Notes: generated from the sequence alone by a model not told the origin. 64,000 nucleotides of DNA from Spirochaetia bacterium (GCA_029857955.1 JAOUFY010000001.1:95929-159928); one strand, 5' to 3'. Positions 1-10,127 are shown, counted from the stretch's first letter. Made by a program: numbers and translations.

Positions 1-1790
1 AATGATAAAATAATATTTAAAGAATGTCCAAACAAAAATACAAACGATGCAAAAAGAATATGCATGACGGAATCAGGGCCTGCATGCAATATCATAAAAC
101 CAATGTTGTTAAAAGCGTTGCCAAGAAGGCCGCCAGCCAGACCAAGAGCAAACAATCTCAGGTAAGATAAAATGTCCCCTATTATACCCGAGGCAAAGCC
201 GTAAAATTCCCATAGAGCAAGTGGCGGCCTCACCCAGATTTTTTTATTGGGGTTATTAAAAAACAGCAATAAAATGGTTCCTGCAAATAACAAATAATAA
301 GACCATTCAAAGGGAACTTTTATTACAGAGCCGCCAATGAGTAAATTGCCTATTTTCATATCCGCAAAACCCATGATGTTTTTATGGGCAGATAAAACAA
401 GCAGACCGGAAATCTGTAAAATATAAGAAAAAGGCATGATTGAATAAATAAATCCTGATTTTTTCCATCGGTTGATCATTTGCAATATCATTCCAAAAAT
501 AACCTGTGTAAATCCGACCAACAAAGAAAATGTCATGGCAGGAAAAATCATTTTACCCTGATCTTTATAAGAAGCAAGAAAATCTCCGGAAGAGTCTCTT
601 GCAATTAACGCATCTTCAAGTTCGGGAGTCTGATAAATTGAAAATCCAAAAAATGTATTTAACCAGTATCCGGCAATTAAAGTAAATGCTCCCAGTATTA
701 TACCTAGTCTGAAAATGGGTTTTAAACTTTCATTGATTTTAAAATAACCGATTGATAAAACCAGCAAGATGACCATGGCGTAACCGACATCGGCGATACA
801 CAGTCCAAAAAAAAGCATAAAAAAAGGAGCAAACAACGGTGTTGGATCCATTTCAAAATATGAGGGCAAAGAAAAAATTCGAGTGATGACTTCAAATGGT
901 TTGATTAAAAAATTATTTTTAAGTTTTACCGGAGGTCCTTCATTAACCTCCGGTTCAGATATCTGATGCCAGAGTGTAAATGGTTTTAAAAGTTCCTCTA
1001 CGGCGTCTTCATTTTCAGCTGAAAACCAGGCCTGTATTTGTGTTAATTTTCCGGGCTCGTCATCATTGCAATTTAAAGTCGCCTGAATGAATTGTATGGA
1101 ATTAGCAAGTTCAACTGAAAATTTTTGCAGCGCATCGATATAATGAACAAATTGTAAAATCTTTATTTCTAGCTCATCTTTAACTTTTCTTTTTTCGTTA
1201 ATTTTTTGGATGATGTCGCCTAATGATTCCGATGGTAAAAATATTTCACCATCATGTTTTTTCGAGGCATCTCTGGAAAACACAACAAAATAAACTGACT
1301 TTTTTTCACGGTGAACAATTTCATACGTTAGATCGCTTGTATCAAAGGCATCAAAACCTTTCGTCGACATAATGTAAAAATGCGCATATACGCCTTTTTG
1401 GTTTAGCTGTTCTATCGAATTTAAATTAAAATGACCCCATGGAAGTAATTTCTTTTTATCGAGTTCAAGCTTTTCAATTTCACGGTTATAATTCGTAAAC
1501 TCTTCACGAAGTCGATCGAGCTCTGATAATATATGAAGAGTTTTTGAAAAATTTTCTGAAGAAGGTTTTAATTTAGAGATTATTTTTTTGTGTTTTTTCT
1601 TTTCAAGTTTAAGTTCCTGAATTGTACGTTGCACTTTATTTAAGAGCTCAATTTTCTCTTCAAGAGATTTATCAACTTTTTCCTGATCTTTTATAATTTG
1701 AAATATACCGGACTTCTGAGCTTGTTTTAAAAAAGTTTCCTTTTCACGGGATAGTAAAATTATGGAAACTTTTTTCATTGGAATGACCAT
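1..1790 (-). CDS. atpI: V/A-type ATPase subunit I (a subunit); C-terminal end cut by the window edge
   Basis: The minus-strand ORF runs off the window start. Its ATG at 1790 overlaps the stop of the preceding gene by 1 nt (TAATG). My translation gives a multi-TM protein containing LSYLRLFALGLAGGLLGNAF, the conserved Arg helix of subunit I/a. Confidence 0.8.
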   Translation of the reverse strand, partial: MVIPMKKVSIILLSREKETFLKQAQKSGIFQIIKDQEKVDKSLEEKIELLNKVQRTIQELKLEKKKHKKIISKLKPSSENFSKTLHILSELDRLREEFTNYNREIEKLELDKKKLLPWGHFNLNSIEQLNQKGVYAHFYIMSTKGFDAFDTSDLTYEIVHREKKSVYFVVFSRDASKKHDGEIFLPSESLGDIIQKINEKRKVKDELEIKILQFVHYIDALQKFSVELANSIQFIQATLNCNDDEPGKLTQIQAWFSAENEDAVEELLKPFTLWHQISEPEVNEGPPVKLKNNFLIKPFEVITRIFSLPSYFEMDPTPLFAPFFMLFFGLCIADVGYAMVILLVLSIGYFKINESLKPIFRLGIILGAFTLIAGYWLNTFFGFSIYQTPELEDALIARDSSGDFLASYKDQGKMIFPAMTFSLLVGFTQVIFGMILQMINRWKKSGFIYSIMPFSYILQISGLLVLSAHKNIMGFADMKIGNLLIGGSVIKVPFEWSYYLLFAGTILLLFFNNPNKKIWVRPPLALWEFYGFASGIIGDILSYLRLFALGLAGGLLGNAFNNIGFMILHAGPDSVMHILFASFVFLFGHSLNIILS

Positions 1791-2374
1791 TATGCCACCC
1801 GCCTTTTTTTCATGATCTTTTGACCTGCTCTTGAAAGGTTTTCTTCATCTTCCAGAAATCTTTTAATTTGCAGCATCGCGCGATTGTACGCAGGAATTTG
1901 AATTTTTTCATAAAGGTTTACTTTCTGAGTTGTTTTTTTACTGGCTCTGATTAGTTTTTCAAGATTTTGATTTTCAATATTGATTTGAATTTCTTTACTT
2001 AAATAATCTTTTAAAACCTTCACTCCTTCTAAAAACCACTTTGGTTTTTGAAATACACTGAACCATTCTACATCAAAATTAACATCGCGAAACTTTTTAA
2101 CTCGAACGCCGGCTATACTGACAGATTCCGTATTTATTGATTTTATTTTAATTATATCCGGAAATTCAGAAAATAATTTAATATTATCAAGAATTGGTTT
2201 TTTTAATATAATCAGTTCTGCATTAAGGTCGGCAATTTTTCTTTTTAAAACACTGACTTCACCACGGAGGGCGCCTTCTTTTGCGCGTAAAATAGGTAAA
2301 GCCCGCATTCTTACCTTTACGTCATTTTGAAACTTTTGAAAACTTACTTTATTAAATTGAAATTTTAATTCCAT
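1790..2374 (-). CDS. atpD: V/A-type ATPase subunit D (divergent)
   Basis: 194 aa. The C-terminal KKTTQKVNLYEKIQIPAY...IKRFLEDEENLSRAGQKIMKKR matches the RRVNALE..IP...L.E.ERE pattern of V-type D subunits. It is translationally coupled to subunit I. Confidence 0.7.
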   Translation of the reverse strand: MELKFQFNKVSFQKFQNDVKVRMRALPILRAKEGALRGEVSVLKRKIADLNAELIILKKPILDNIKLFSEFPDIIKIKSINTESVSIAGVRVKKFRDVNFDVEWFSVFQKPKWFLEGVKVLKDYLSKEIQINIENQNLEKLIRASKKTTQKVNLYEKIQIPAYNRAMLQIKRFLEDEENLSRAGQKIMKKRRVA

Positions 2375-2422
2375 AGATTAAATGAATTGTACGTATTTTA
2401 ACATAATTTCATTGTATCGATA

Positions 2423-2983
2423 TTAATATCCGCCGCCGGGTTCTTTTAAAAAATCTGAATATTCATAGATAAATTTTTTAACTTTTGGATCGATAACCGC
2501 CATACAATATGGATTTGCCATTCGGTTCATATTGTAGTAATTTTGATGATAAGGTTCAGCCGTATAAAACTCTGATAATGGTTCTATTGTGGTTACAATG
2601 GGTTCCTTGAAAATTCCGGATTTTTCAAGAATTTCTAGTGATTGTTCTGCAATTTTTTTTTGATCTTCGTTAAGATAAAATATAACCGATCGATACTGTG
2701 TTCCAATGTCGGCGCCCTGACGATTTATTGTAGTAGGGTTATGTATGTGCCAGAATATCTCAAGAATATTTTCAAAGGAAATGATCGAAGGATCATATTC
2801 AATTTTTACAATTTCTACATGATCGCTTGTACCAGAACAAACTTCTTCATATGTCGGGTTTTTGGTCTTACCTCCGGCATATCCAGATATCACGTTCGAT
2901 ACGCCGGAGACTCTTCTGTATATTGCGTCAAGACACCAGAAGCAACCTCCGCCCAGCACAGCGTATTCCATTGGTTTATCCAT
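2423..2983 (-). CDS. msrA: peptide methionine (S)-sulfoxide reductase
   Basis: GGGCFWC active-site motif near the N-terminus and typical MsrA length (186 aa). Confidence 0.9.
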   Translation of the reverse strand: MDKPMEYAVLGGGCFWCLDAIYRRVSGVSNVISGYAGGKTKNPTYEEVCSGTSDHVEIVKIEYDPSIISFENILEIFWHIHNPTTINRQGADIGTQYRSVIFYLNEDQKKIAEQSLEILEKSGIFKEPIVTTIEPLSEFYTAEPYHQNYYNMNRMANPYCMAVIDPKVKKFIYEYSDFLKEPGGGY

Positions 2984-3037
2984 TATTCATTATTATATTT
3001 TAAATTACCCTGTAAAGGCATTGAAATAAATTCGTTG

Positions 3038-4639
3038 TTAATTTAAATCCTGACGTACATGCGACAAGCTGGTTTTTACTACGGTTTTTTGCAGTTTTTC
3101 AAATGTGTTATGACCTGGAATAACAAAATGTTTATGTATAAAATCCGCTTCTGTCATAAAATACATTAAAATTTCGATTACCCATGGAAAAAGCAGTATA
3201 TCTTTTTTAATTGCTTTTCGAAGACATTTCCAGAATAGCCGGCGCATGTTTTTATCAGAATTAAAAATATAAAACTTTACAGTACGGTACATTGCTCCCA
3301 GGAAATATATCCTGAAATGCCTTGGGTCCATTGCATTTTTCAAATATGAGTATTTATGTATAGATTTAAGATCTACCTGATCGATCAAAGCTGCAAAACG
3401 AATATAAAAGTTTTCAGGTTCATAAAGTCTTCGATAAAGAGCTGCATAACCACTTTGAAGAGCTTCTTTTGTCATTAATTTGGGAATAAAATTTGCCTCC
3501 AGATTGGTATCTCCAGATTCAAGGTCAGCCAGTAAACGACCTTCTGCTTCGAGACGATCCCATAGTTTTGTTCCCCTCATGGCGGTTAACATACTGATCA
3601 ACGGTATAGCTACACCGGCCTGGGTTAAAAAATCATATTGCAAATCAAAAATATCAGACGAATCCGCATCGAATCCAACGATCATTCCGAGGGAAAGAAA
3701 AATTCCCCTTGACTGAATGGTTCGAATGGCCTGCACCAAATCAAGATCAGCATTATGACTTTTATTGGTGCTTAAAAGACTTTCTTTACTTGGAGTTTCT
3801 ACGCCAATAAAAAACCCATAAAAATTTGCATCTACAAATAAATCAATGAGTTCGGGATCTTTAACCACGTTTAACGTAAGCTGGGTAAAAAAACGAATTG
3901 GTTTTTTTATAGAACGATTAAACTTGATAATTTCTTTTAAAAGTGATTTAGCATATACACGATTTCCGATAAAATTATCGTCAGCAAAGAATATTTCTGC
4001 CTTACCCCTGCTGATCAAGTCTTTTAGTTCGGCAATTACATTTTCTACCGGCTTAAAACGAGGTTTGCGGCCAAACAGTGAAACAACATCGCAAAACTCG
4101 CAATCATAGGGACAGCCCCTAGAGGTTTGAATGGGAGCTGAAGAATAATCATCGAGGTTTTTAATTGCGCCCCATCGCGGTACCGGACTAATGGAAAGAT
4201 CGGTAATTTGACCGCCTTCATAGAATTTTTTATACGAATTTCTGCTCCATTCCTCTAAAAATACCGGCCAGACTTTTTCTGCTTCGCCAACAACCACAAC
4301 ATCAAATAATTCCCTGGCTTCTTCAATATGTCCTGAAACAAAAGGACCTCCGCCGACGGTCATGATTCCCATTTCTTTACATTGACTTACAATTTCACGA
4401 ATTCTCGGCAAATGCATGGTAAAACCTGTTATGGCAACCAAATCAATTGAGGTATCAAGTTTTAACTCCTCAACATATTCGTCCAGCAACTCTACTTCAT
4501 ATTGTGGAGGAGTAAGCGCTGCTAGAGTTACCAGACCAAGCGGTGCATGTATTGCTTTCTTTTTGGTAAGCGGTTTCATCGCGCTCATTTGCCAGAAAGT
4601 ATCATGACTCTTTGGCTGTATCATTAGTATTTTTGTCAT
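3038..4639 (-). CDS. B12-binding-domain radical SAM protein (long C-terminal extension)
   Basis: N-terminal Rossmann-like B12-binding region (ITGFT...VGGGPFVSGH) followed by RGCPYDCEFC (CxxxCxxC). 533 aa. Confidence 0.8.
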   Translation of the reverse strand: MTKILMIQPKSHDTFWQMSAMKPLTKKKAIHAPLGLVTLAALTPPQYEVELLDEYVEELKLDTSIDLVAITGFTMHLPRIREIVSQCKEMGIMTVGGGPFVSGHIEEARELFDVVVVGEAEKVWPVFLEEWSRNSYKKFYEGGQITDLSISPVPRWGAIKNLDDYSSAPIQTSRGCPYDCEFCDVVSLFGRKPRFKPVENVIAELKDLISRGKAEIFFADDNFIGNRVYAKSLLKEIIKFNRSIKKPIRFFTQLTLNVVKDPELIDLFVDANFYGFFIGVETPSKESLLSTNKSHNADLDLVQAIRTIQSRGIFLSLGMIVGFDADSSDIFDLQYDFLTQAGVAIPLISMLTAMRGTKLWDRLEAEGRLLADLESGDTNLEANFIPKLMTKEALQSGYAALYRRLYEPENFYIRFAALIDQVDLKSIHKYSYLKNAMDPRHFRIYFLGAMYRTVKFYIFNSDKNMRRLFWKCLRKAIKKDILLFPWVIEILMYFMTEADFIHKHFVIPGHNTFEKLQKTVVKTSLSHVRQDLN

Positions 4640-4843
4640 TTGTGATTCCGTATTTTGAATTTAGAATTGTATCAATTGAAATACTGTACAAATTTGTTTA
4701 ATATTTCAAATTTTCTATTTATATATCAAAAAATAACTGCATATACATACGGACAATTCTTTTTTTAAATAGAATATCTTGCCTCGGGTAACTTCTCAAG
4801 CAGGGTCAATGTTACAGGCATGGAAAGATAAAACGGTAAAAGA

Positions 4844-6910
4844 TCAATTTTTATTTTTAACCATAAATTGCCCATTATTTATAGTAAGCAATATAATTTT
4901 GTTTTTTTCTATTTTAATTTTGCTTTTATAATGTAGCGTATTTTCTGCCGACTTTATTTCATCTTCCCGAAGCGGTTTAAATTCAACATCAATAAAATGA
5001 TCGCCTGTTGCAAGATTTAATTCTTCATAAACCAGCATCGGACGATCATGTCGAAATCCTCCCGGTTTATAAGGTAAAATGGTTTCATTATCATCAATTT
5101 TTATTTTCAACAGATATGAAAGATAGTAAATCTGACAGGCATTTTTTTTTCTCATATGCACTGGAATACTTTTAATTTCAGCGGCCGTATACTCATGACA
5201 TTTTTCAACATATTCACCCTGCATTTTCCAGGAAAGTTTCAACATACCCTGATCATGTTCTTGATCTATAGATAATCTACTAATGGCAGTTATTCCTGTA
5301 ATCAGCAAAAGACCAACCATCATCGCAATAAATGTTTTAATTGGTCTTGATGAGAAAAAGCTTTGAAACACATTTGAATTTTTTAAAATGAATTTATTTT
5401 TAATGGCGTCTGAAAGTTGTGAAAAATCATTTACTCTAATGATGTTATCACGGTCATCAGCTTCCATTAAACGTGGAGCCCGATTGCCGTCAATTCGTTG
5501 ATGTAACCATTCCGGTCCTTTGCGAAACGTACAATTTGAATCAAGACAGCCAAGTACAATGGTTTTTTCATAATGGCGGGCAACGTGATGTAAATGGGTT
5601 GAGTGAATTACGCCGGTACAGGAAACCATAAACACATCGCTGTCGGGTATATGCAGAGATAAACTTATATTATCATTGTGAGAACATGCAAAAATAAAAT
5701 ATTTTTTTAATGCTTCTTTAGAACTCTCTTCCAGTTCCCTGATTAAATGGAGCAAATCACGGGAAGTTCGATCCGTTGGACCAATGGCAAACGTTGAACA
5801 CGAAGCAGCGCATAAACCGCAACTGACACATTTAATCGCATTAACCACCGGAATCATCGAAGACTCCGCTTTAGCGATCAATTCTTTTTGTTTCATAAAT
5901 ACAGATTCTGTCATATCAATGGCGTCAAACGGACAGTCATAGTAACATTGTTTGCATCCGTGACAAAGCTCCAGATCGACCATAGAAACATAATCTTCTT
6001 TTCGAATTTTTACGGAAGGTTTAAAATACCAGGGTATCGCCAATAAAAGTACGTTAAAACCCAGCAGTAAAAATAAAAAACCTGCAGGTTTTAGAGAAAC
6101 TGGAAAATATAGAAAAAATGAAAAGAATGCATCAACAGGAAAATGAAGTGATGTTGAAAATAAATCAGCCTTCTGTAGCAAGGGAGCCGGGATCATCACA
6201 GACGCGGCAATAAACAATCCGATATAAAATACCGTGGTCTTCCAGTTAAAAAAATACTTTGGCAGGGAAATTCTCGATGTATGAAGCCAGATTCCAAAAA
6301 TCATAATCAAGGGTACCGCCAGATGTATAAAGACAACAAAAAAGAAAAAACTATCGCCGGGTAATTTTTCTCCGCTGAAGGTTCTTAAAAGCGATTCGGG
6401 CATCACGGGAATAATATCCATGATTTTTAAGCCTGTAATTCCGATGATTTTTGCATGTTCATCCCAAACAAGTACGTAACCGGTATAGGCAGAAAAAAAC
6501 AAAAGTCCGGTCATTACAACGCCACTGATCCAGCTTAAAATTCGCGGCCCCCAGCTTCTACCCTGTGCCAGCATTTTAAGCATATGGATTAATATCGCAA
6601 CAACAGCCGCATCAGAAGCGTAACGGTGCAACGCCCTTACCCAGCGTATAAAAACACTATTATCCTGCATAGCCACGATTGACTCATAGGGCGAAGCCAG
6701 GCGGTAAAAAAAAATCAAATATAAACCGCTGACCATGACAACAGAGAAAAACAAAACTGCCAGAGTTCCCGCATTGGCTACAGGATTATACTTTGACTCG
6801 GTTATTTTTTCTAACATCAGCCGCAGCCATTTGTAGACAAAGCGGAATATATAAATCTCTTTCGGGAATTTATTTGGACTATAAAGCTGTTCTGACAATT
6901 TTTCTTTCAT
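4844..6910 (-). CDS. multidomain redox protein: di-heme cytochrome b-like membrane domain, 2x[4Fe-4S] ferredoxin motifs, MvhD/FlpD-like Cys domain, TM helix and an unknown C-terminal domain
   Basis: H95-x13-H109 and H196-x13-H210 lie in predicted TM helices. Two cluster motifs: CHGCKQCYYDCP and CVSCGLCAASC. The segment FIFACSHN..VSCTGV..VLGCLDSNC resembles hydrogenase iron-sulfur (MvhD) domains. Confidence 0.6.
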   Translation of the reverse strand: MKEKLSEQLYSPNKFPKEIYIFRFVYKWLRLMLEKITESKYNPVANAGTLAVLFFSVVMVSGLYLIFFYRLASPYESIVAMQDNSVFIRWVRALHRYASDAAVVAILIHMLKMLAQGRSWGPRILSWISGVVMTGLLFFSAYTGYVLVWDEHAKIIGITGLKIMDIIPVMPESLLRTFSGEKLPGDSFFFFVVFIHLAVPLIMIFGIWLHTSRISLPKYFFNWKTTVFYIGLFIAASVMIPAPLLQKADLFSTSLHFPVDAFFSFFLYFPVSLKPAGFLFLLLGFNVLLLAIPWYFKPSVKIRKEDYVSMVDLELCHGCKQCYYDCPFDAIDMTESVFMKQKELIAKAESSMIPVVNAIKCVSCGLCAASCSTFAIGPTDRTSRDLLHLIRELEESSKEALKKYFIFACSHNDNISLSLHIPDSDVFMVSCTGVIHSTHLHHVARHYEKTIVLGCLDSNCTFRKGPEWLHQRIDGNRAPRLMEADDRDNIIRVNDFSQLSDAIKNKFILKNSNVFQSFFSSRPIKTFIAMMVGLLLITGITAISRLSIDQEHDQGMLKLSWKMQGEYVEKCHEYTAAEIKSIPVHMRKKNACQIYYLSYLLKIKIDDNETILPYKPGGFRHDRPMLVYEELNLATGDHFIDVEFKPLREDEIKSAENTLHYKSKIKIEKNKIILLTINNGQFMVKNKN

Positions 6911-6961
6911 AATTATATTCTCATTTAATTTGCAGCAACCAGCCCCGACCGTGGCTGACTT

Positions 6962-7858
6962 TTATTGTATTTTTTCCAGTGCATCCACAATTCGCATTAC
7001 CCCGGGATTTATCAACGTATAATGTATTTTTTTCTTACTGCTGATCATATAAACAATTCCCTCATGAATGATGTCGCCTGTTTTTTCATTTTTGGAACGT
7101 TCTACTTCGAATTTATTTAAAGCATCAATGGTTTGATCTGGATCGCTTGACGTTAGAACATGGGCGTTGGCAGGTAAATTCCATTTGGTAATCATTTGCT
7201 TTAGCTGACCGGGTTTATCCCTCCATGGATCCAGCGTAATTATATAAATCGAAACATTTGAATTTTTATGTCTAAGCGCAAATATTTTTTCAGCCTTGAC
7301 TATGTTTTCAATCAGCAAAGGACATATTGTCTCGCAATGAAAATAAGCAAAAGTTACAATAGCTGGAACGAAAATATCATTTTCGGTCATGGCTATGTTT
7401 TTTTCTCCAATAAGTTTAAAATGCGGTAAAGATTTTTTACTTACCGGATAATTTTCAGGTAAAGGATCGGCGTTAAATTCATAGGTAATATTTTCTACCC
7501 GCCTTGCGGCTTCTACTTTTTTAACAACAGAATAAAAAAGCCACGTAAAAATAAAAATATAAATACCAACAATGAAAAGTTGAAATTTGTTTGTAAAAGA
7601 ATTTCGTATAGATTGAATTACAACTGGTGGAGACCAGATGATTATAATAGCCAACAGCATACTTAAAGGACTTCCGATTAAATTCAGCCATCCGTAGGTT
7701 TCGGGAAGTCCTGAGGAGGTTTTACCAAAACAAATGAATTTAGCTGATATTAGCCAGTCCGGCGGTTTCTGTGGCATCGGAGCAAAGGCTAGCCCCCATA
7801 GCAAAGCTATGGAGGCAAGCCAGATCATAAGAGCAATCGATACTGACTTGCTCTTCAA
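6962..7858 (-). CDS. senC: SCO1/SenC-family copper chaperone with an N-terminal multi-TM extension
   Basis: Thioredoxin-like C-terminal half with the CETICP (CxxxCP) motif and a downstream conserved His (DIIHEG). It starts 2 nt after subunit I ends. Confidence 0.75.
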   Translation of the reverse strand: MKSKSVSIALMIWLASIALLWGLAFAPMPQKPPDWLISAKFICFGKTSSGLPETYGWLNLIGSPLSMLLAIIIIWSPPVVIQSIRNSFTNKFQLFIVGIYIFIFTWLFYSVVKKVEAARRVENITYEFNADPLPENYPVSKKSLPHFKLIGEKNIAMTENDIFVPAIVTFAYFHCETICPLLIENIVKAEKIFALRHKNSNVSIYIITLDPWRDKPGQLKQMITKWNLPANAHVLTSSDPDQTIDALNKFEVERSKNEKTGDIIHEGIVYMISSKKKIHYTLINPGVMRIVDALEKIQ

Positions 7859-7860
7859 CG

Positions 7861-9579
7861 TTATCCTACTTTCCAGGTAGAAGACAGAATTTTCCAGTTT
7901 ACAAAGAAGTACAATATAAAGGCTACCAGAAATATGAAAACAAGAATCATTGTTCCTTTTGCTCCTTCTTTATGAACTGCGGCAACATTGGCTCCCTGAT
8001 GTACTTGAGCCGATAGCTTAAGGACACCCTGTGGTATGCCGCTTTCGCCGTTTTTAATCGAATCAGCTGTCATTTCTTTACCGAAAAATACAGTCGCAAC
8101 CGCTATCGTGATGAACATAACGGCTCCAAATGCAGCCAAAAGTCCTCCAATACCCATCAATGCTTGAAACAAATTGACAATGTCAGGAAATTGAACGGGG
8201 AAAGGCGAACCTGCAAAGGAAGAATCCCAGTGACGTCTGGGAATACCATACATACCCTGCAAAATCATACCCACTGCCATTACAGAAATACCTGCTCCAA
8301 AAAAATAAGGCTGAACTTTTGCCATACCCCAAAATGCCACACGTTTTCTAAAAATTAACGGCAACACGTAATACGTTACCGCCATAAAAGCCAAAGCTGT
8401 TCCGCCTACAACAGTGACATGAAAATGGCCTGGAATTCTCATGGTATTGTGCGCTATGATATTGATTTGCTCGGTACCCAGAGTAACCCCGGTGATACCT
8501 CCCATAAATCCAAAAATTACCAGCGAAAGCATCATACCTGAAAATCCAGGATCGCTCCATGGAGCTTTACTCAACCACTCAAAGCGTGTATTTACAAAAC
8601 CTTTAAGACGTTGACCAATTTCAATACCGGCAGGAACCGTAAAACCATGGATCATACTGGCCAGTACCGCAAGGTACATTGCATAGGATGTGTTCCAGAT
8701 TTTCCATGCGCTGCCCATTCCCGGGTCGACCAGAAGATGGTGAGCCGACGCCATTGAGATAAATAGTATGTACAGAACAAACGCAACACGACTGATTTTC
8801 TCATTAAGTACCACCCCGCCAACGGTTAATCCGGCCAGCAAATACCATATAGAAACCATCGCCGCAACGTTGATTTGTTGAGATGAATGACCAAGAGCCC
8901 AGAAAATCAATCGATAGATTTCAGGATCCATTTTCATCAAGTTCAGAGACCACAATAACGTTGGTATATAAATCAACGCTCCATGGATTAACGTGATGAT
9001 CGCGATAATTGTTGCTGTTAACGCGCCAAAAGTCACCAACGGTATAGAACCTGGATAGGTTTTATCTTTTTTAGCGGCCACAAGCGTGGCCATAAACAAC
9101 ATACACACAATCAATGCCCCGACGGCAAACAAAATAATCCCGACATAATACAAAGGATCGGCCATCAGCGGCGGATACGAAGTAAACAGTACATCGGCTT
9201 TGCCGGAATAAACCATAACGTTGACAAGAATTGCGCCTAGCATCATTAAACCAAAACTAACCCATCCAAGTTTTGGCGCAGGAAGTCGCGAATTTAACAA
9301 AACCGGACCTGCAAAATACAATACTGCCATTTCAAAAAATATGATGAAAAAAATCAGCATATTTAATCCATGCGAAGTTAACAGGCGATAATACCATTCC
9401 GCATTCAGTAAATGAACAGCCTGCCAGCGTGTAAGAACAATTCCAAACGCAGCGATCACACCCAAGAGCATAAATACTACGGCAACTACAGCATTAGCCT
9501 TAATCAGGTTTTCTGCATTTTTATCCACTTTTAATCCCGTTACGGGACACTTTCTAAACAAGTCAGCTATTGCGTTCAT
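7861..9579 (-). CDS. heme-copper oxidoreductase subunit I, B-family (ba3)-like, lacking the cross-link Tyr
   Basis: 572 aa with TSH70G, TSYPPL, GH231SSQQ, AH280H281 and GH385FH387. Spacing between H231 and H280 is the same as in ba3 CbaA. Position H+4 is Gln instead of Tyr. Confidence 0.85.
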   Translation of the reverse strand: MNAIADLFRKCPVTGLKVDKNAENLIKANAVVAVVFMLLGVIAAFGIVLTRWQAVHLLNAEWYYRLLTSHGLNMLIFFIIFFEMAVLYFAGPVLLNSRLPAPKLGWVSFGLMMLGAILVNVMVYSGKADVLFTSYPPLMADPLYYVGIILFAVGALIVCMLFMATLVAAKKDKTYPGSIPLVTFGALTATIIAIITLIHGALIYIPTLLWSLNLMKMDPEIYRLIFWALGHSSQQINVAAMVSIWYLLAGLTVGGVVLNEKISRVAFVLYILFISMASAHHLLVDPGMGSAWKIWNTSYAMYLAVLASMIHGFTVPAGIEIGQRLKGFVNTRFEWLSKAPWSDPGFSGMMLSLVIFGFMGGITGVTLGTEQINIIAHNTMRIPGHFHVTVVGGTALAFMAVTYYVLPLIFRKRVAFWGMAKVQPYFFGAGISVMAVGMILQGMYGIPRRHWDSSFAGSPFPVQFPDIVNLFQALMGIGGLLAAFGAVMFITIAVATVFFGKEMTADSIKNGESGIPQGVLKLSAQVHQGANVAAVHKEGAKGTMILVFIFLVAFILYFFVNWKILSSTWKVG

Positions 9580-10127
9580 AACGATTCCCCCACAATGATT
9601 TTACCGACCATATTGTGATGGCCGATACCGCAAAATTCGTTACAAATGATGTTGAAATCACCTGCAATCGAAGGCGTAATTTTTAATCCATAATCATAAC
9701 CCGGAATAACCTGAAAGTTTAGTTTCGCAGGGTACAGACTAAACCCATGATTTACATCTACCGAAGAAAGATGAAGCGTATATTCAACTCCCTTCTTTAG
9801 TTTAATAACGGGGGTCCATTCCCACATATGCCCCAGCAGATAAACGTCGCTTCCTGCCGGAGGCTCGACTACGGGAATACCATTTTCGGTACCCACCTGA
9901 TAATCTTTTATAAAACGATCTACCCTGGCCTGATAATCTGCTTCGATAACTCTGGTACGAATACCCGACGGATTTTGTCCGCCTTTGATATGCCAAAACG
10001 GCATCATGCCAAATAAAACAAGGCACCAGATAAAAGCAATGGTGATCCATCTTTTTTCCTGGGAAGCCGCCGGTTTCCACCATATTCCTTCAGGGGAAAC
10101 AATCCCCGAATGCATTTCCATATCCAT
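9576..10127 (-). CDS. heme-copper oxidoreductase subunit II (CuA cupredoxin)
   Basis: One N-terminal TM helix. CuA ligands NHGF...CNEFCGIGHHNM (H, C-x3-C-x3-H-x2-M). 4-nt overlap with subunit I. Confidence 0.85.
   Translation of the reverse strand: MDMEMHSGIVSPEGIWWKPAASQEKRWITIAFIWCLVLFGMMPFWHIKGGQNPSGIRTRVIEADYQARVDRFIKDYQVGTENGIPVVEPPAGSDVYLLGHMWEWTPVIKLKKGVEYTLHLSSVDVNHGFSLYPAKLNFQVIPGYDYGLKITPSIAGDFNIICNEFCGIGHHNMVGKIIVGESL

Noticed and set aside
4640-4843. A cobalamin riboswitch upstream of the B12-binding radical SAM gene.
   Set aside because: There is no B12-box-like GCCACTG/AGYCMGG core on the minus strand, and the region is simply AT-rich.
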